From an uncultured Chloroflexia bacterium (lineage in GTDB: Bacteria; Chloroflexota; Limnocylindria; Limnocylindrales; CSP1-4): a DNA stretch of 64,000 nt. The notes beneath the pieces were generated by a model. It was given only the letters and a program-made list of their open reading frames with translations. It searched no databases and was not told the origin of the DNA. Position numbers and translations under genes: made by a program. The stretch's first letter is position 1. Every line of letters begins with the position of its first letter. Shown piece after piece: positions 23,211-34,396 of the stretch. The DNA lies in NCBI GenBank assembly GCA_963715295.1, contig CAVQRP010000006.1, positions 155,585 through 219,584 on the forward strand. The letters are read 5' to 3'.

Positions 23211-24685
23211 ATGGTGCTGGCACGGATGGGCGCCGCTGCCTGGCGGCTGCTGACCGATGTGCGCTTCGCCGTCATCCTCATCCTGCTCCTGGCGCTGGCC
23301 GGCCTGGTGGGCACGCTGCGTGCGCCAGTTCCCGGTGACCGCTGCCGACGACCCGGCGCGCTATGCCGCCGAGCTGGCGGCCATGCACCGCGCCTGGGAC
23401 CCCATCGCGCCGCTGGGCCTGCCCCTCGGCTCGTTCCTGGTGGACGCCTTCGATAGGCTCGGACTCTTCAGCGTCTTCTCCGCGCCCTGGTTCCTGCTGC
23501 TCATGGCGGTACTCGTCATCAGCATCATCTGCTGCACCTTGGACCGGACGCCACGCCTGTGGCGAGGGGCGCACGAGGTCCGCGTGGAGCAGCCGGAGGC
23601 CTTCTTCGATCCGGGCCGTGACCACCGCGGGCATATCGACCTGGTGGCGGCCAGTGGCGGGTCGGCCAGGCCTGATCCTCGGTCACCGAGGCCGCGGTGC
23701 AGCGGGCCTTTCGCGCCCGTCACTTCCGCCGCCAGCGGGTGGTCCAGGCCGACGGCGCCACCTTCGTCTACGGCGATCGCAACCAGTACATGAAGCTGGC
23801 CACGCTGCTGACACATGCCGGACTGGTGCTCTTCCTGGCGGGCGGCGCCGTCACGGTGGCGGCCGGCTTCGAGACCGTGGTCTTCGTGGGCGAGGGCCAG
23901 ACTGCCCCGGTCAAGCCCATCGGCACGCCGGGCAACCTGCTGGTCAAGAACCGGGAATTCTCCGCGCCGCAGCGGGCCGATGGTTCGTTCGTCGACTTCA
24001 GCACCGACCTGTCCGTCTACCGCGATGGCCAGGAAGTGGCGCGCAAGACCATCCGCGTCAACGACCCGCTCACGGTGGACGGCTACGTCTTCCACCAGAA
24101 CACCTTCGGGCCCGCGGCGGAGCTGACCATCCATGACGCCGCCGGTGCGCTCGTCTGGGATGGCCCGCTGCTGCTCGATGATGAGCTGCTGGGCCGTCCG
24201 CAGGGCTTCATGACCATTCCCGGGGCGCCGGTGGGCCTCGTGGCGGTGCTCAATGAAGGGGCCGATGGGGCCTCGCAGCTGGTCCTGCAGGGCGTGGGGT
24301 CGGCGGATCCGGTCAGCGGCGAGAACGCGACGCTCTTCCTCGCCACCATCCCCGTCGGTGTCACCACGGACCCGGAGGTGACGGCGGGGCACAGCATCAG
24401 CTGGGCCGGCATCGGCGCGTGGACGGGCATGGTCATCAAGAACGACCCGGGTCAGCCCATCATCTGGCTGGCTTTCGGGCTGCTTATCGCGGGCCTGGTG
24501 CTGACCTTCTACTTCCCGCGCCGACGCGCGTGGGCGCGCTCGAGGGTGACCGGGTCGGCCTGGCCTTCCTGGCCGACCGCTACGTGGACCGCGATGGCGA
24601 ATTCGAGCGCCTGCGCGACGCCGTGCTCCGGGCCACCGGCGGCAGTCGACGAGTGGATCGGGTCCACCGGGCCGCTGACACCTGA
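23211..24685 (+). pseudogene. resB: cytochrome c biogenesis protein ResB/Ccs1, multiply frame-disrupted
   Basis: Recognisable ResB segments lie in four successive track ORFs or frames: 23211 (WRLLTDVRFAVILILLLALAG), 23257 (FSAPWFLLLMAVLVISIICCTLDR), 23697 (DGATFVYGDRNQYMKLATLLTHAGLVLFL...VNDPL) and 24419 (C-terminus). No ccsA/resC follows. Confidence 0.65.
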
Positions 24686-25050
24686 TCGGTGCGGCACGAG
24701 CCGCGCTGCCTCAGGCCGGGCGAACCTGGACCGGCCAGGCCGAGGAGACCGGCAGCCCTGACCGGGAGGCGTACAGTCGCCCTGCCGCAGAGCTTCGCCC
24801 GGAACTGGCCGCGGACTGCACTCGCATGCACACGGCCGGCCATACGCGTGCGGTGTCTTGCTTCCCAGTGCAGCGACCGACGGTCTGTCGCGCCCTCGAC
24901 GGTCACGGACCGGCGTGCCGGGCGGTTCGTGGGCGCTGGCTGGACAAGCGCGAGAATCGGGCTGCAAGATGGACAACAGGACCTCTGAGCAGCGTCATCT
25001 GGGTGTGAAGCGTCGCAGGGCGACGCGAAACGGATGACGCGGAGACCGAA

Positions 25051-25618
25051 GTGGGGATGGATACGTCGCTGGTGGTTCGTGCGCAGGGCGGTGACCGGGA
25101 AGCCTTCTCGGCGCTGGCGTCGTCGAGCTACAGCCGGTTGCATCGGGTCGCGCAGAACATCCTGGCCGACCTGGACCTGGCCGAGGACGCCACCCAGCAG
25201 GCCGTCGTGAGCATGTGGCGCAACCTGCCCCAGCTGCGCGAGCCGGCGCGCTTCGAGGCCTGGTCCTATCGCATCCTCGTCAACTGCTGCTATGGCGAGG
25301 CCCGCAAGACCCGGCGCTGGCTGCCCGGCCTGGAGGCCGACCACGACCCCGACGCTGGCGCTGCGGCTCGCGCTCTCCGGGGTCATCTATCGCGACCAGC
25401 TGGAACGCGGCTTCCGCAGGCTACCCATGGAGCAGCGGGCCGTGGTGGTCTTGCACCACTACCTCGATCTGCCACTCGAGAAGGTGGCCGAGGTGCTGGG
25501 CATCCCCACCGGGACGGCCCATTCGCGACTCCATCGGGCCATGTCGGCGCTGCGTGCCGCGCTGGAGGCTGATGCCCGCGTCCCCGACAGCCACGCTTCA
25601 GCGGAGAGCGCGCGATGA
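25051..25618 (+). pseudogene. ECF-type sigma-70 family factor, frame-disrupted
   Basis: Region 2 (REAFSAL...DATQQAVVSMWRNLPQLREPARFEAWSYRILVN) is in ORF 25051. Region 4 (FRRLPMEQRAVVVLHHYLDLPLEKVAEVLGIPTGTAHSRLHRA) is in ORF 25292..25618. The frame change is near 25330-25380. Confidence 0.7.
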
Positions 25619-27022
25619 ACACGAACAAGGAGCTCGACCGCATCGTCCGCACCTGGCTGGACGACCGCGCTGTGGAACCGACGCGCGCCAGCCTGGAGGT
25701 GGCGCTCGATCGAGTCGCCGAGACCCCCAGCAGCGACACCGGTGGCTGGGGCGGTGGTTCGGCCGCGGTGGCGGCGCGATGCGCAGCGCCGATGACCGCG
25801 GCGGTCCGTCTGACACCGTACCGGGAGGAACCGACTCATGTTCAGCCTCACCACCGTCGCCGCGAGCCTGGCCGCGCTGGCGCTCGCCGCGACCCTCGTC
25901 GTCCCGCGGGGCGATCCCGGAGCAGGGGTCGTTCCCGGTGCGCCGGCCGGTGCCACCCACGTGGTGGCCGCCGACGGCTCGGGCGACTTCAGCACCATCG
26001 GCGAGGCCGTCGCCGCTGCTTCCGACGGCGACACCGTGCTCGTCAAGCCCGGCGAGTACGCCGAGGCCCTCGTCATCGACAAGGACATCACCGTCGCGGG
26101 CGATGGTCCCCGCGAGGACATCGTCATCACCTTCCAGGAGGGCGGACCGCACCGAGGACCTCGACGGAGAGTCCTCGTCTACGTGACCGATCAGGTCCGA
26201 GAGACACCGACGCGACCCTCAGGGCCTGAGCCTGTGCCGTCCGGCGCCCCGGTCGACTCCGTCGCCGTTCTGGTGACGGGCGGTGCCCCGCAGCTCGAGG
26301 ACCTGGCCATCGCTGGCGCCGCGGAGGCTGACGTGGACGATCGCGATGCGCCGAAGGTCGCAGCCGGCCGTGCCTGCCAGGCGTAGCTGCGATGGGCGGT
26401 GACCTGTTCACCGATAGCACGGGTACGGTCACCCACCTTCGAGGGCAACACCATCACGGCGTGGACCTGACGCTCGGAGGCCCCGGCTGAGGCCACCGTC
26501 CGGGACAACACCTTCCTCGAGGCGAGTAGCGATCAATCGCGTCGGGCGGGATCACCGCCCTCATCGAGGGCAACGTCTTCACGGCCGGTGGCATCGAGCA
26601 TCGCCACGGACATGGCCATCACGGCAGCGACTCCGCCAGCACCGTCGTGGCCGGGCAACACCATCACCGACTACGGACATCGGCGTCTCGGTCATGTGGG
26701 CCGGCTCGACGGCCATCGTCGAGGACAACGAGTTCGTCGACACGGCATGGCCGTCGTCTGGGGCACGACCCAGGGTGGCGCCATCGAGGGCAACAGCATT
26801 CGCGGAGGGTTCGCTGGCATCACGGTGAGCGGCGGTTCGCCATCTGATCACCGGCAACACCATCGAGGATGTCACCGGTCGCGGCATCGCCGTCGGGAGC
26901 CAGGCCACGCCGTCGTCGAGGGCAACACCGTCTGTGGCTGCGGCACCAACCTGTCCGTGGCCGAGGACGCCGGCTCGCAGGTCGGCGAGAACGACATCTG
27001 TCCGGACGAGGCCACTGAGTAA
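25615..27022 (+). pseudogene. membrane protein with a right-handed parallel beta-helix domain (possible anti-sigma partner), multiply frame-disrupted
   Basis: ATG overlaps the sigma gene stop. N-terminal MNTNKELDRIVRTWLDD, a TM segment (MFSLTTVAASLAALALAATLVV), DGSGDFSTIGEAVAAASDGDTVLVKPGEY, and later GNTI/GNSI/GNTV beta-helix repeats. These parts are spread over several frames up to the stop at 27020-27022. Confidence 0.5.
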
Positions 27023-27291
27023 GCGCTCGCGCTTCGTTCGATTCGGAGACTGCCCGGGTCGGCCACGACGGCCGGCCCGGGCACTCGCGTGGGCGAGCGC
27101 CTCGTCACGGATGCTGCGCATCGAGCGGCCTGCCTTGCAAATCGTCCGGGGACCGCACCCCACGTGTAACCGTGGGGCAACCTACCGGGCCGAGTCGGGT
27201 CCTAGACTCGGAGATGGCCGTGCAGTCCGTTTCTGTGCGCCCGCACCCACGTCACAGGCGGGCCTGTCGCACGCCAGGAGAGGAGCCACCA

Positions 27292-28674
27292 TTGGTCATC
27301 GAAGTCGCATCGAACGATCCGCTCGACAAGATCCAGGTCGCCAGGGAGCGCGACATCCGCTTCGTCGAGCTGCAGTTCACCGATCTGCTCGGCATCGTCA
27401 AGGGCATCACCATCCCGCTCTACCGGCTCGAGGAATCGCTGGAGCACGGGACCTGGTTCGACGGCTCCTCCATCGAGGGCTTCACCCGTATCGCCGAGTC
27501 CGATCAGTGGCTGGCTCCGGACATGAGCACGTTCGCTGAGATCCCGTGGCAGCAGGGCGAGATGGGTGTCGGGCCGCTGGGCAGCCGCGGCACGGCGCGC
27601 GTCATCTGCGATGTCATGACGCCCGACGGACAGCCCTTCGTGGGCGACCCCCGCGGCGTGCTCAAGCGCCAGCTGGCCCGCGCCAGGGACATGGGCTACA
27701 TCTGGAACGCCGGCCCGGAGCTGGAGTTCTTCCTCTTCCGAAAGGACGCCGAGGGCAGGATCCGACCGCTGCCGCACGATACCGGCGGCTACTTCGACTT
27801 CAGCACCGACCTCGCCCAGGCCGTGCGCCGCGACATGGTCAACGCCCTGGAGGCGTTCGGGATCCGCGTGGAGGCCGCTCACCACGAGGTCGCCTACGGC
27901 CAGCACGAGATCGACTTCCAGTACAGCGACGGCCTGACCACCGCGGACAACGCCATCACCTTCAAGTTCACCCTGAAGGCCATCGCCAACCTGCACGGCC
28001 TCTACGCCACGTTCATGCCCAAGCCCATCGAGGGCATCAACGGCTCCGGCATGCACACGCACCAGAGCCTGTGGTCCATCGAGGAGCAGAAGAACGCCTT
28101 CGCCGAGCCGCGCAGCAAGTACGGCCTCTCCAAGCTGGCGCAGTCCTACATGGCCGGCGTGCTGGCTCACGCCCGCGCCATGAGCGCCATCCTCGCGCCG
28201 CTGGTCAACTCCTACAAACGGCTGGTGCCCGGCTACGAGGCGCCCACCTATCTGACCTGGGGCCGCACCAACCGTTCCGCGCTCATCCGCGTGCCCAAGG
28301 TGTCGCCCGGCCGCTCCATCGAAGCCACGCGCATCGAGGTGCGCTGCCCGGACCCCACCGCGAATCCGTACCTGGCCTTCTCGGCCATGCTCGCGGCCGG
28401 CCTGGACGGCATCGAAAAGGGCATGAAGCTGGCCGACCCGGTCGAGGAGAGCCTCTTCGAGATGACGCCCGAGCGGGTCCTCGAGAAGGGCATCACCGAG
28501 CTGCCCGGCTCGCTGGGCGAGGCCATCGAGGAGCTGGAGAAGGACGAGGTCATCGCCGAGGCGCTCGGTGACCACGTCTTCAGCCACTACATCGAGGCCA
28601 AGCGCGAGGAGTGGGACGAGTACCGCACCCAGGTCACCGGCTGGGAGCTCGACCGCTACCTGGAGGCCTACTAG
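27292..28674 (+). CDS. glnA: glutamine synthetase, type I
   Basis: TTG at 27292 lies 6 nt after GGAGAGGAG and is in frame with track ORF 27172..28674. RFVELQFTDLLG, FDGSSIEGF, NGSGMHTHQS and NRSALIRVP motifs. Confidence 0.9.
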   Translation: MVIEVASNDPLDKIQVARERDIRFVELQFTDLLGIVKGITIPLYRLEESLEHGTWFDGSSIEGFTRIAESDQWLAPDMSTFAEIPWQQGEMGVGPLGSRGTARVICDVMTPDGQPFVGDPRGVLKRQLARARDMGYIWNAGPELEFFLFRKDAEGRIRPLPHDTGGYFDFSTDLAQAVRRDMVNALEAFGIRVEAAHHEVAYGQHEIDFQYSDGLTTADNAITFKFTLKAIANLHGLYATFMPKPIEGINGSGMHTHQSLWSIEEQKNAFAEPRSKYGLSKLAQSYMAGVLAHARAMSAILAPLVNSYKRLVPGYEAPTYLTWGRTNRSALIRVPKVSPGRSIEATRIEVRCPDPTANPYLAFSAMLAAGLDGIEKGMKLADPVEESLFEMTPERVLEKGITELPGSLGEAIEELEKDEVIAEALGDHVFSHYIEAKREEWDEYRTQVTGWELDRYLEAY

Positions 28675-28739
28675 CGAACACGGTTCCCACGGGCATCGCA
28701 CTTCCGGGGATGTGAGGCTCCCTGGAAGCTCACGAACAC

Positions 28740-28770
28740 GGGCGGCGGAGTGGTTCCGTCGCCCGTTTCG
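28740..28770 (+). terminator. rho-independent-type terminator after glnA
   Basis: GGGCGGCGGA-gtggt-TCCGTCGCCC (10-bp stem with one G-T pair) followed by GTTTCG. Confidence 0.55.
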
Positions 28771-29327
28771 AAATCCGCCTGGGGCCGTGGCGGGCGGCGA
28801 CCCGGGCTGGCGTGGCTGGTGGCTGCCCTCAGCCAGGCCGGCCATGTGGCCAGATGCCACTCCGGGTAGCGCCGGGCCGACTTCCTGGGGCGGCAGGCTC
28901 TGGCAGCGATGCGCGTTCGTGCTCGGCCGGCGCAGGGCCGACCTGCCGTTTGCCGTCGCGGCTGGTCTCCGACCCGCGGATCTCACCCGCCACATCGCCC
29001 CGTGCTACCCGGGTTGGCATCTGGCCAAGTCCGCAGCGGCCGTGGGAAGGGCTGCTGCTGGTGCAGGCGCCGGTGGCTGGCCACCGCTGGTGCCGGTGCC
29101 GGCGCCGGTACTTGCGCCGGTGACCGATGCTGCGATCGACCCCCGTCTCGTTCCCTCGGACGGAGCCTTGACTCGACCGTGACGGCTGGCCATCATCGTC
29201 GGCGATGAGGACCATGACCGCCGGACTGCGTCCTCGGCCGCAACGGCTGGCGCGAGCGCGCGCCAGATGAGCCCGGCGCCGATGGCGGCCGAGATGAGCC
29301 CGCGCGGGCGCCAGTTCGAGAGCGCTC

Positions 29328-30441
29328 ATGAAAGCCATCGCCATCCGGCCGGGCGTGGCCGGCTCCATCCATCTGCGCGACGTGCCCCGGCCGCGCCTGG
29401 AGGACGTGCCTGGCGGTCGCGGCGTGCGCGTGCGCATCATCCGCACCGGCCTGTGCGGCACGGATGCCGACCTCGCCGCCGGCGAGTACGGCCGCGCCCC
29501 CGAAGGCGCCGACCACCTCATCCTCGGCCACGAATCGCTGGGGCGCGTCCTGGAGGTCGGCCCGGGCGCGACCGGGGAGGTGGCGCCGGGCCAGCTGGTC
29601 GTCATCACCATCCGCCGCCCCGGCGACAGCGCCTACGATCGCATCGGCCGCCCCGACCTCTCCAGCGATGACATCTTCATCGAGACCGGCATCAGCCGTG
29701 CCCACGGCTTCATGACCGAGGAGGTCGTGGTCGAGGCACGCTACCTGGTCCCGGTGCCCGACGACCTGGAGGCGGTGGCCATCCTCACCGAGCCACTCTC
29801 CTGCATCACCAAGTCGTTGCGCCAGGCGGACCAGGTGCAGGCGCGACTGGGACTGTGGGAGCCGCGCCGGGCCCTGGTCACCGGGGCCGGCACCATCGGC
29901 CTGCTGGCCTCGCTCGCGCTGCGCCTGCGCGGCCTGGACGTGACCACCTATGCTCGCCGTCGTGCGCCGTACCGGAACAGCCAGCTCGTCGAGCGCATCG
30001 GCGCCCGCTACAGCAGTGCCTCCGACGCGGACCTGGCCGAGCTGACCAGGCGGTCCGGCCCATTCGACATCGTGTTCGAGGGCTCCGGGGCGCCGCAGCT
30101 GGTCGAGCCGGCCGTCGCGGCCCTGGCACCCAACGGGGTGCTGGCGCTCTTCAGCGTCACTCCCGGGAGCCATGCCGCTGCAGGTGGACATGGCCCGCCT
30201 CAACCAGGCCGTGGTGCTCTACAACCGCGTCATCGTCGGCAGCGCCGCGGCCGCCTGGGACGACTATGCCGCGGCAGTGGCGACCATCGCGCGGGCGGAG
30301 GCGGAGGCGAGCACGCGCGGCTGGCTGGCCGAGCTCATCACCGATCGCATCCACGGCTTCGATGCTGGCGCCATCGCGCGGCACCTGGCCGGCAGGACCG
30401 ATGCCATCAAGGCCACCGTGGAGCTGGCCGCGGGCGAGTAG
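29328..30441 (+). pseudogene. glucose 1-dehydrogenase-like zinc MDR enzyme, one frame disruption
   Basis: MKAIAIRPG...GLCGTDADLAAGEYG...LGHESLG...LVTGAGTIGLL are in ORF 29328. The C-terminus (LQVDMARLNQAVVLYNRVIVGS...) is in ORF 30172..30441. The frame change is near 30165. Confidence 0.65.
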
Positions 30442-30507
30442 ACCTGCCAGGTCGGGCCGGTCGGCTCGATGCCTGATGGCTGGAGCGGCGTAGAGTGGGT
30501 GCATTCC

Positions 30508-31854
30508 ATGTCAGGCACGCCCGCTACTCCAGCCGAGCCGGCGCTGACGGACGCGACGGGACCGGGGGAGTCGCCGCAGAGCGAGCCGTCACGCCCCGTC
30601 CGCGCCGATCCGTGGGCGCCTGCGTGGCTTCCGGGCCCTTCGCTACCCCGGCTTTCGGATCTACTTCGTGGGCATGCTCCTGCGCGGGCTGGCCATGTGG
30701 ATGCCCCTCGTGGCCATCCCGTGGCTGGCCGTGGAGCTCGGGGCCAGCGCTGCCGAAGATCGGCATCGTCAGCGCTGCCTTCTACCTGCCCACGCTCTTC
30801 GTCGGCCCACTGGGCGGGGTCATGGCCGACCGCGTGGACCGCCGCAACGTGCTCGTCGGCGCGCAGCTCTTCGCGGCAGGGCTGGCCGTTCTCGTCGCCA
30901 CCCTTGTCGTCCTGGACCTCCAGACGCTGCCCATCGTGGCCTCCGCCTCGCTCAGCCTGGGACTCGTCATCGCCATCGAGGTCCCCGTCCGGCAGGCGTA
31001 CATGACCGAGCTGGTCCCTGTACGGGATGTCTCCAGCGCCGCCTCCCTCCATGCCACGGCCTGGAACAGCACGCGCCTGGTCGGCCCGCTGGTGGCTGGC
31101 ATCATGATCGCAACCATCGGCGCTGCATCCCCCTTCGTCTTCGCTGGCCTGGCCTCACTGGTCGTGGTGCTCTCCTTCCTGTGGATGGACCGCTACCGCG
31201 AGCACGGCCGCCAGCGAGTCGATCGCAGCCACAGCATCCTCGCCGACCTGCGTGGTGGGGCGGCCTTCGCGCTGGGTGAGCCGGTGGTGCTGTGGTGCCT
31301 GCTGCTCATCCTGGCCGCCGGCATGTTCGGCATGTCCACCTTCTCGACGCTCGCGCCCATCTACGCCAGGGATGAGCTCGGTGTCGGGGCCGAGGGGTAC
31401 GGTGCCTTCCTGGGGGCTGCCGGCGCGGGCGCCCTCACGGCGGCACTGCTGGTGACCACCTTCGCCCACGGCGACCGGCGACCCTGGCTCATCGTCGGTG
31501 CCCTGGCCATGGCCGGCCTGGTCGGAGGCATCGCCTTGGCCGGCTCGGCGGCCGTGGTCTTCGTGCTCGCCTTCCTGCTGGGGGCTGCTCAGATCGACCC
31601 TTGCCCAGAACGCGCTGGTGTCGGTCCACTCGGCGACCCCGGACGCCCTGCGCGGGCGGGTGATGGGCCTGTGGGTCACGGTCTTCCAGGGTTCCGGCCT
31701 CTTCGGCTCACTCCTCTCCGGCGGGCTTGCCGACGCGCTCGGCGTCAGGCCAGCCATGCTCGTCAGCGCGCTGGCGCTGGCCGGGGTCGGACTCGTGGCC
31801 TTCGTCGGCATCCGACGAGCCAGCTGGCGGTTGGCGCCGGCCGCAGCCGGCTGA
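30508..31854 (+). pseudogene. MFS transporter (MFS_3 / EntS-like), multiply frame-disrupted
   Basis: TM-rich segments run through four frames: 30508 (MSGTPATP...), about 30617 (FRALRYPGFRIYFVGMLLRGLAMWM), about 30745-31590 (GIVSAAFYLPTLFVGPLGGVMADRVDRR...) and 31590-31854 (LAQNALVSVHSATPDALRGRVMGLW...). Confidence 0.6.
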
Positions 31855-31864
31855 CGCGGCAGGA

Positions 31865-33064
31865 CTACCGCGGTCGGCTGCGGTCCTCCGTGACGCGCCG
31901 GTCGACCGTGCAGCGCTCGACATAGTCGGCGTCCAGGCTGATGCCGAACCCTGGCCGATCGGGGAGTCGCAGCCAACCATCGTGCAGGAACGAGGAGAGG
32001 TCCGAGAGCTGCCAGAAGAAGGGGTCGCGCTCCTCGTCAAAGCACTCCACGAAGGTGTGGCGCGGCACGCTGGCCAGCAGGTGCGATGCGACCTGGGGTT
32101 CCTCGTGGTGACCCATCTCCACGCCGAACGCCGCGCACAGGCCGGCGGCGCGCCGCCAGATGGTGGGACCGCCCGACCACGACGCATCGAAGTTGCTGAC
32201 GTCGATGGCGGACTCGACAACGAGGTCGCGCAATCCACCGAGCGTCACCTCGCTCTGCCCGGCCGCGACCGGCAGGCCGGTCTGATAGCGCACGTCACGC
32301 ATCCAGCGGCGGTCGTTCGTCCAGCGGCAGGGCTCCTCGAACCAGCGGATGTCCAGATCGGCGACGCGCCTGCCGAACTCCACGGCCTCGGCGCGCTCAT
32401 AGCCCTGGTTGGCATCGACCATGATCGCGAAGCCCGGCCCGGCCGCCTCGCGGGCGGCCCGCACGCGCTGCGCATCCTCCGCCGGTGAGCGCCCGCCGAC
32501 CTTGAACTTCATGCCCGCAAAGCGCGCCGCATACCCGGCCACGACGTCGCGCGTCTGGGCGGCATCGAGGTGGTAGTAGCCGCCGATGACGCTCATGGGC
32601 AGGGTGTCGGTGACCGAGCCCCAGAGGCGGTGAAGGGGTACCTCGAGGGCGCGGGCAAGGGCATCCCAGATGGCCGTGTCCAGGCAGGCGATGGCCTGCA
32701 GCGCCAGGCCTCGGTCACGCAGGATGTCATTGGTCGACGGTTCCATGGCTGCCCACGCACCTTCGGGGTCCGTGGCACTGCGGCCGAGCACGCGAGGTGC
32801 CAGCTCCTCGTGGATGATGTCGAGGATGATCGGCTGCTCCACGTCGGTATCGCCGTTGTAGACCTCGGCCACCACGCCGTCGGCAGTGGACAGCCGCGTG
32901 ATGATGGTCGCCCGATTGACCATCGAGTAGCCACTGCCCTCGAAGCGTCGCGCCAGCGGCGCGCGGACGGCGATGGTCTCGATGCGCTCGATGCGCAGGG
33001 AATCCCGACCCAGTCGCCGGGTCACCGACTGCGGTCCGCCATCGGCGGGGCGTTCTGCGCTCAC
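31865..33064 (-). CDS. enolase-superfamily (mandelate racemase/muconate lactonizing) sugar-acid dehydratase
   Basis: 399 aa with KFKVGG, IMVDANQGY, IRWFEEP and AAGQSE metal-ligand-type motifs. Confidence 0.8.
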   Translation of the reverse strand: MSAERPADGGPQSVTRRLGRDSLRIERIETIAVRAPLARRFEGSGYSMVNRATIITRLSTADGVVAEVYNGDTDVEQPIILDIIHEELAPRVLGRSATDPEGAWAAMEPSTNDILRDRGLALQAIACLDTAIWDALARALEVPLHRLWGSVTDTLPMSVIGGYYHLDAAQTRDVVAGYAARFAGMKFKVGGRSPAEDAQRVRAAREAAGPGFAIMVDANQGYERAEAVEFGRRVADLDIRWFEEPCRWTNDRRWMRDVRYQTGLPVAAGQSEVTLGGLRDLVVESAIDVSNFDASWSGGPTIWRRAAGLCAAFGVEMGHHEEPQVASHLLASVPRHTFVECFDEERDPFFWQLSDLSSFLHDGWLRLPDRPGFGISLDADYVERCTVDRRVTEDRSRPR

Positions 33065-33159
33065 GCTCGGACCCCATCGCGCATCAGCTGCGCGATGCGC
33101 TCGACTGATCTGTCAGGCATCGGCTTCTCCATGAGGCACGTCTCCACTCATCAGGTCGG

Positions 33160-34230
33160 TCACGAGTCGATGGCCTCGAGCCTGCCGCTCTCGGCGGAGC
33201 GGTAGGCAGCGGCGAGGATCTCCACGGTACGGGCTCCCAGCTCGGCCGGAGAGTTGTTGGTCGGAGCCCTGCCCAGCGCCGCGTCCACGACGGCATCGAT
33301 GGGTCCGATGCAGTCATAGCGCCCGGCATCCGCGTCCAGCGGCACACGGATGTCATCTCCCGGACCGCGGTAGCGCCACAAGACGTTGTCGCGCAGGTCC
33401 ACGTGCAGGATGCCGCGATGGCCGACCACGTGGACCTCCACACCGTGCCGGTTGTCGGCCGCGCCAACGTGCGAGGACGCGCCACCCATCGACCCGATCG
33501 CTCCGCCGGTGAAGCGCATCGCGACCGCGTCATGGAGTTCCACCTGGGCGCCCAGCGGCTGCGTCATCAGGGCAAAGACCGCCGCTCCCCGCAACTCGGT
33601 CAGCCACAGTGTCATCCCCAGCAGGTGTGTCAGCTGCGCCTGGCCGTAGCCGCCGCCGGCCGTCTCCGGTCGCGACCACGTGTCCGGGTGCGGCGCCAGC
33701 TCGGCCGCCGCGTCGTGGTAGGAGCCACGCTCGGAGAGCAGCTCCCGGGTGGGCGAGTCCATGCGCATGGCGACATGCTCGATCTCGCCGATGCCGCCAT
33801 CTTCGCGCATGAGCCGGTGCGCCGTGATGACCATCGGTCGGTAGTTCCAGCCGTAGGCGATGAAGAGCTGGCGCCCCGTCCGTCTCACCGTCTCCTCGAG
33901 GTCCCAGGCATCGGCCGGGTCGATGGTGAACGGCTTCTCGCACATCACGTGGGCGCCCGCCTCCAGCGCTGCCCTGGCCTGTTCGTGGTGCAGCCGCGGC
34001 GGACTGGCCACCACGACCACGTCCGGCGCCGCGGCGATGACCTCTCGCCAGTCCGTGGTGGCGTGCTCGATGTCGAAGGCCTCCCGGATGCGCTCCAGCT
34101 TCTGCGCATCGCGACGGTTCACGATGGTGAGCTCGATCTCGCCGGCATCGCGCCGCCGCGCCAGGTTGGGCAGGTGGGAGCTCACGGCCCACGAGCCTGC
34201 TCCGATGATGCCCACGCGCAGCCTGGCCAT
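33160..34230 (-). CDS. Gfo/Idh/MocA family oxidoreductase
   Basis: Start MARLRVGIIGAGSWA (ATG at 34230, GGAGGTAGGAGG upstream). EKP motif (VMCEKPF). Confidence 0.8.
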   Translation of the reverse strand: MARLRVGIIGAGSWAVSSHLPNLARRRDAGEIELTIVNRRDAQKLERIREAFDIEHATTDWREVIAAAPDVVVVASPPRLHHEQARAALEAGAHVMCEKPFTIDPADAWDLEETVRRTGRQLFIAYGWNYRPMVITAHRLMREDGGIGEIEHVAMRMDSPTRELLSERGSYHDAAAELAPHPDTWSRPETAGGGYGQAQLTHLLGMTLWLTELRGAAVFALMTQPLGAQVELHDAVAMRFTGGAIGSMGGASSHVGAADNRHGVEVHVVGHRGILHVDLRDNVLWRYRGPGDDIRVPLDADAGRYDCIGPIDAVVDAALGRAPTNNSPAELGARTVEILAAAYRSAESGRLEAIDS

Positions 34231-34396
34231 GCCTCCTACCTCCCCTGGTCGACCGCCGGATGATAGCCCGGAGTCGGGCAGCGATGGATGCGTGCCGGCC
34301 CCGGACGGCGCGGCACTCCCGGTACACTGGCTGGGCAGCTCGCGACACGGTTGGGCAGTTCGGGCGCCCAGGGTCACACAGGAGGATCGGAACCCG

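Noticed and set aside
24690-25050. Candidate ECF-type autoregulated promoter (GAAAC...CGT-like) and a small hairpin GCGTCGC-agg-GCGACGC upstream of the sigma factor gene.
   Set aside because: The match to ECF -35/-10 consensus is weak and the spacing is ambiguous. There is not enough evidence for a feature call.
28780-29327. Possible small secreted-protein gene divergent from the dehydrogenase gene. The minus strand gives a signal-peptide-like RPRGLISAAIGAGLIWRALAPAVAAED and a Gly/Thr/Ala/Pro-rich stretch.
   Set aside because: The pieces fall in different frames with no start codon in the right frame and no recognisable domain. This may be another decayed gene, but I cannot support a call.
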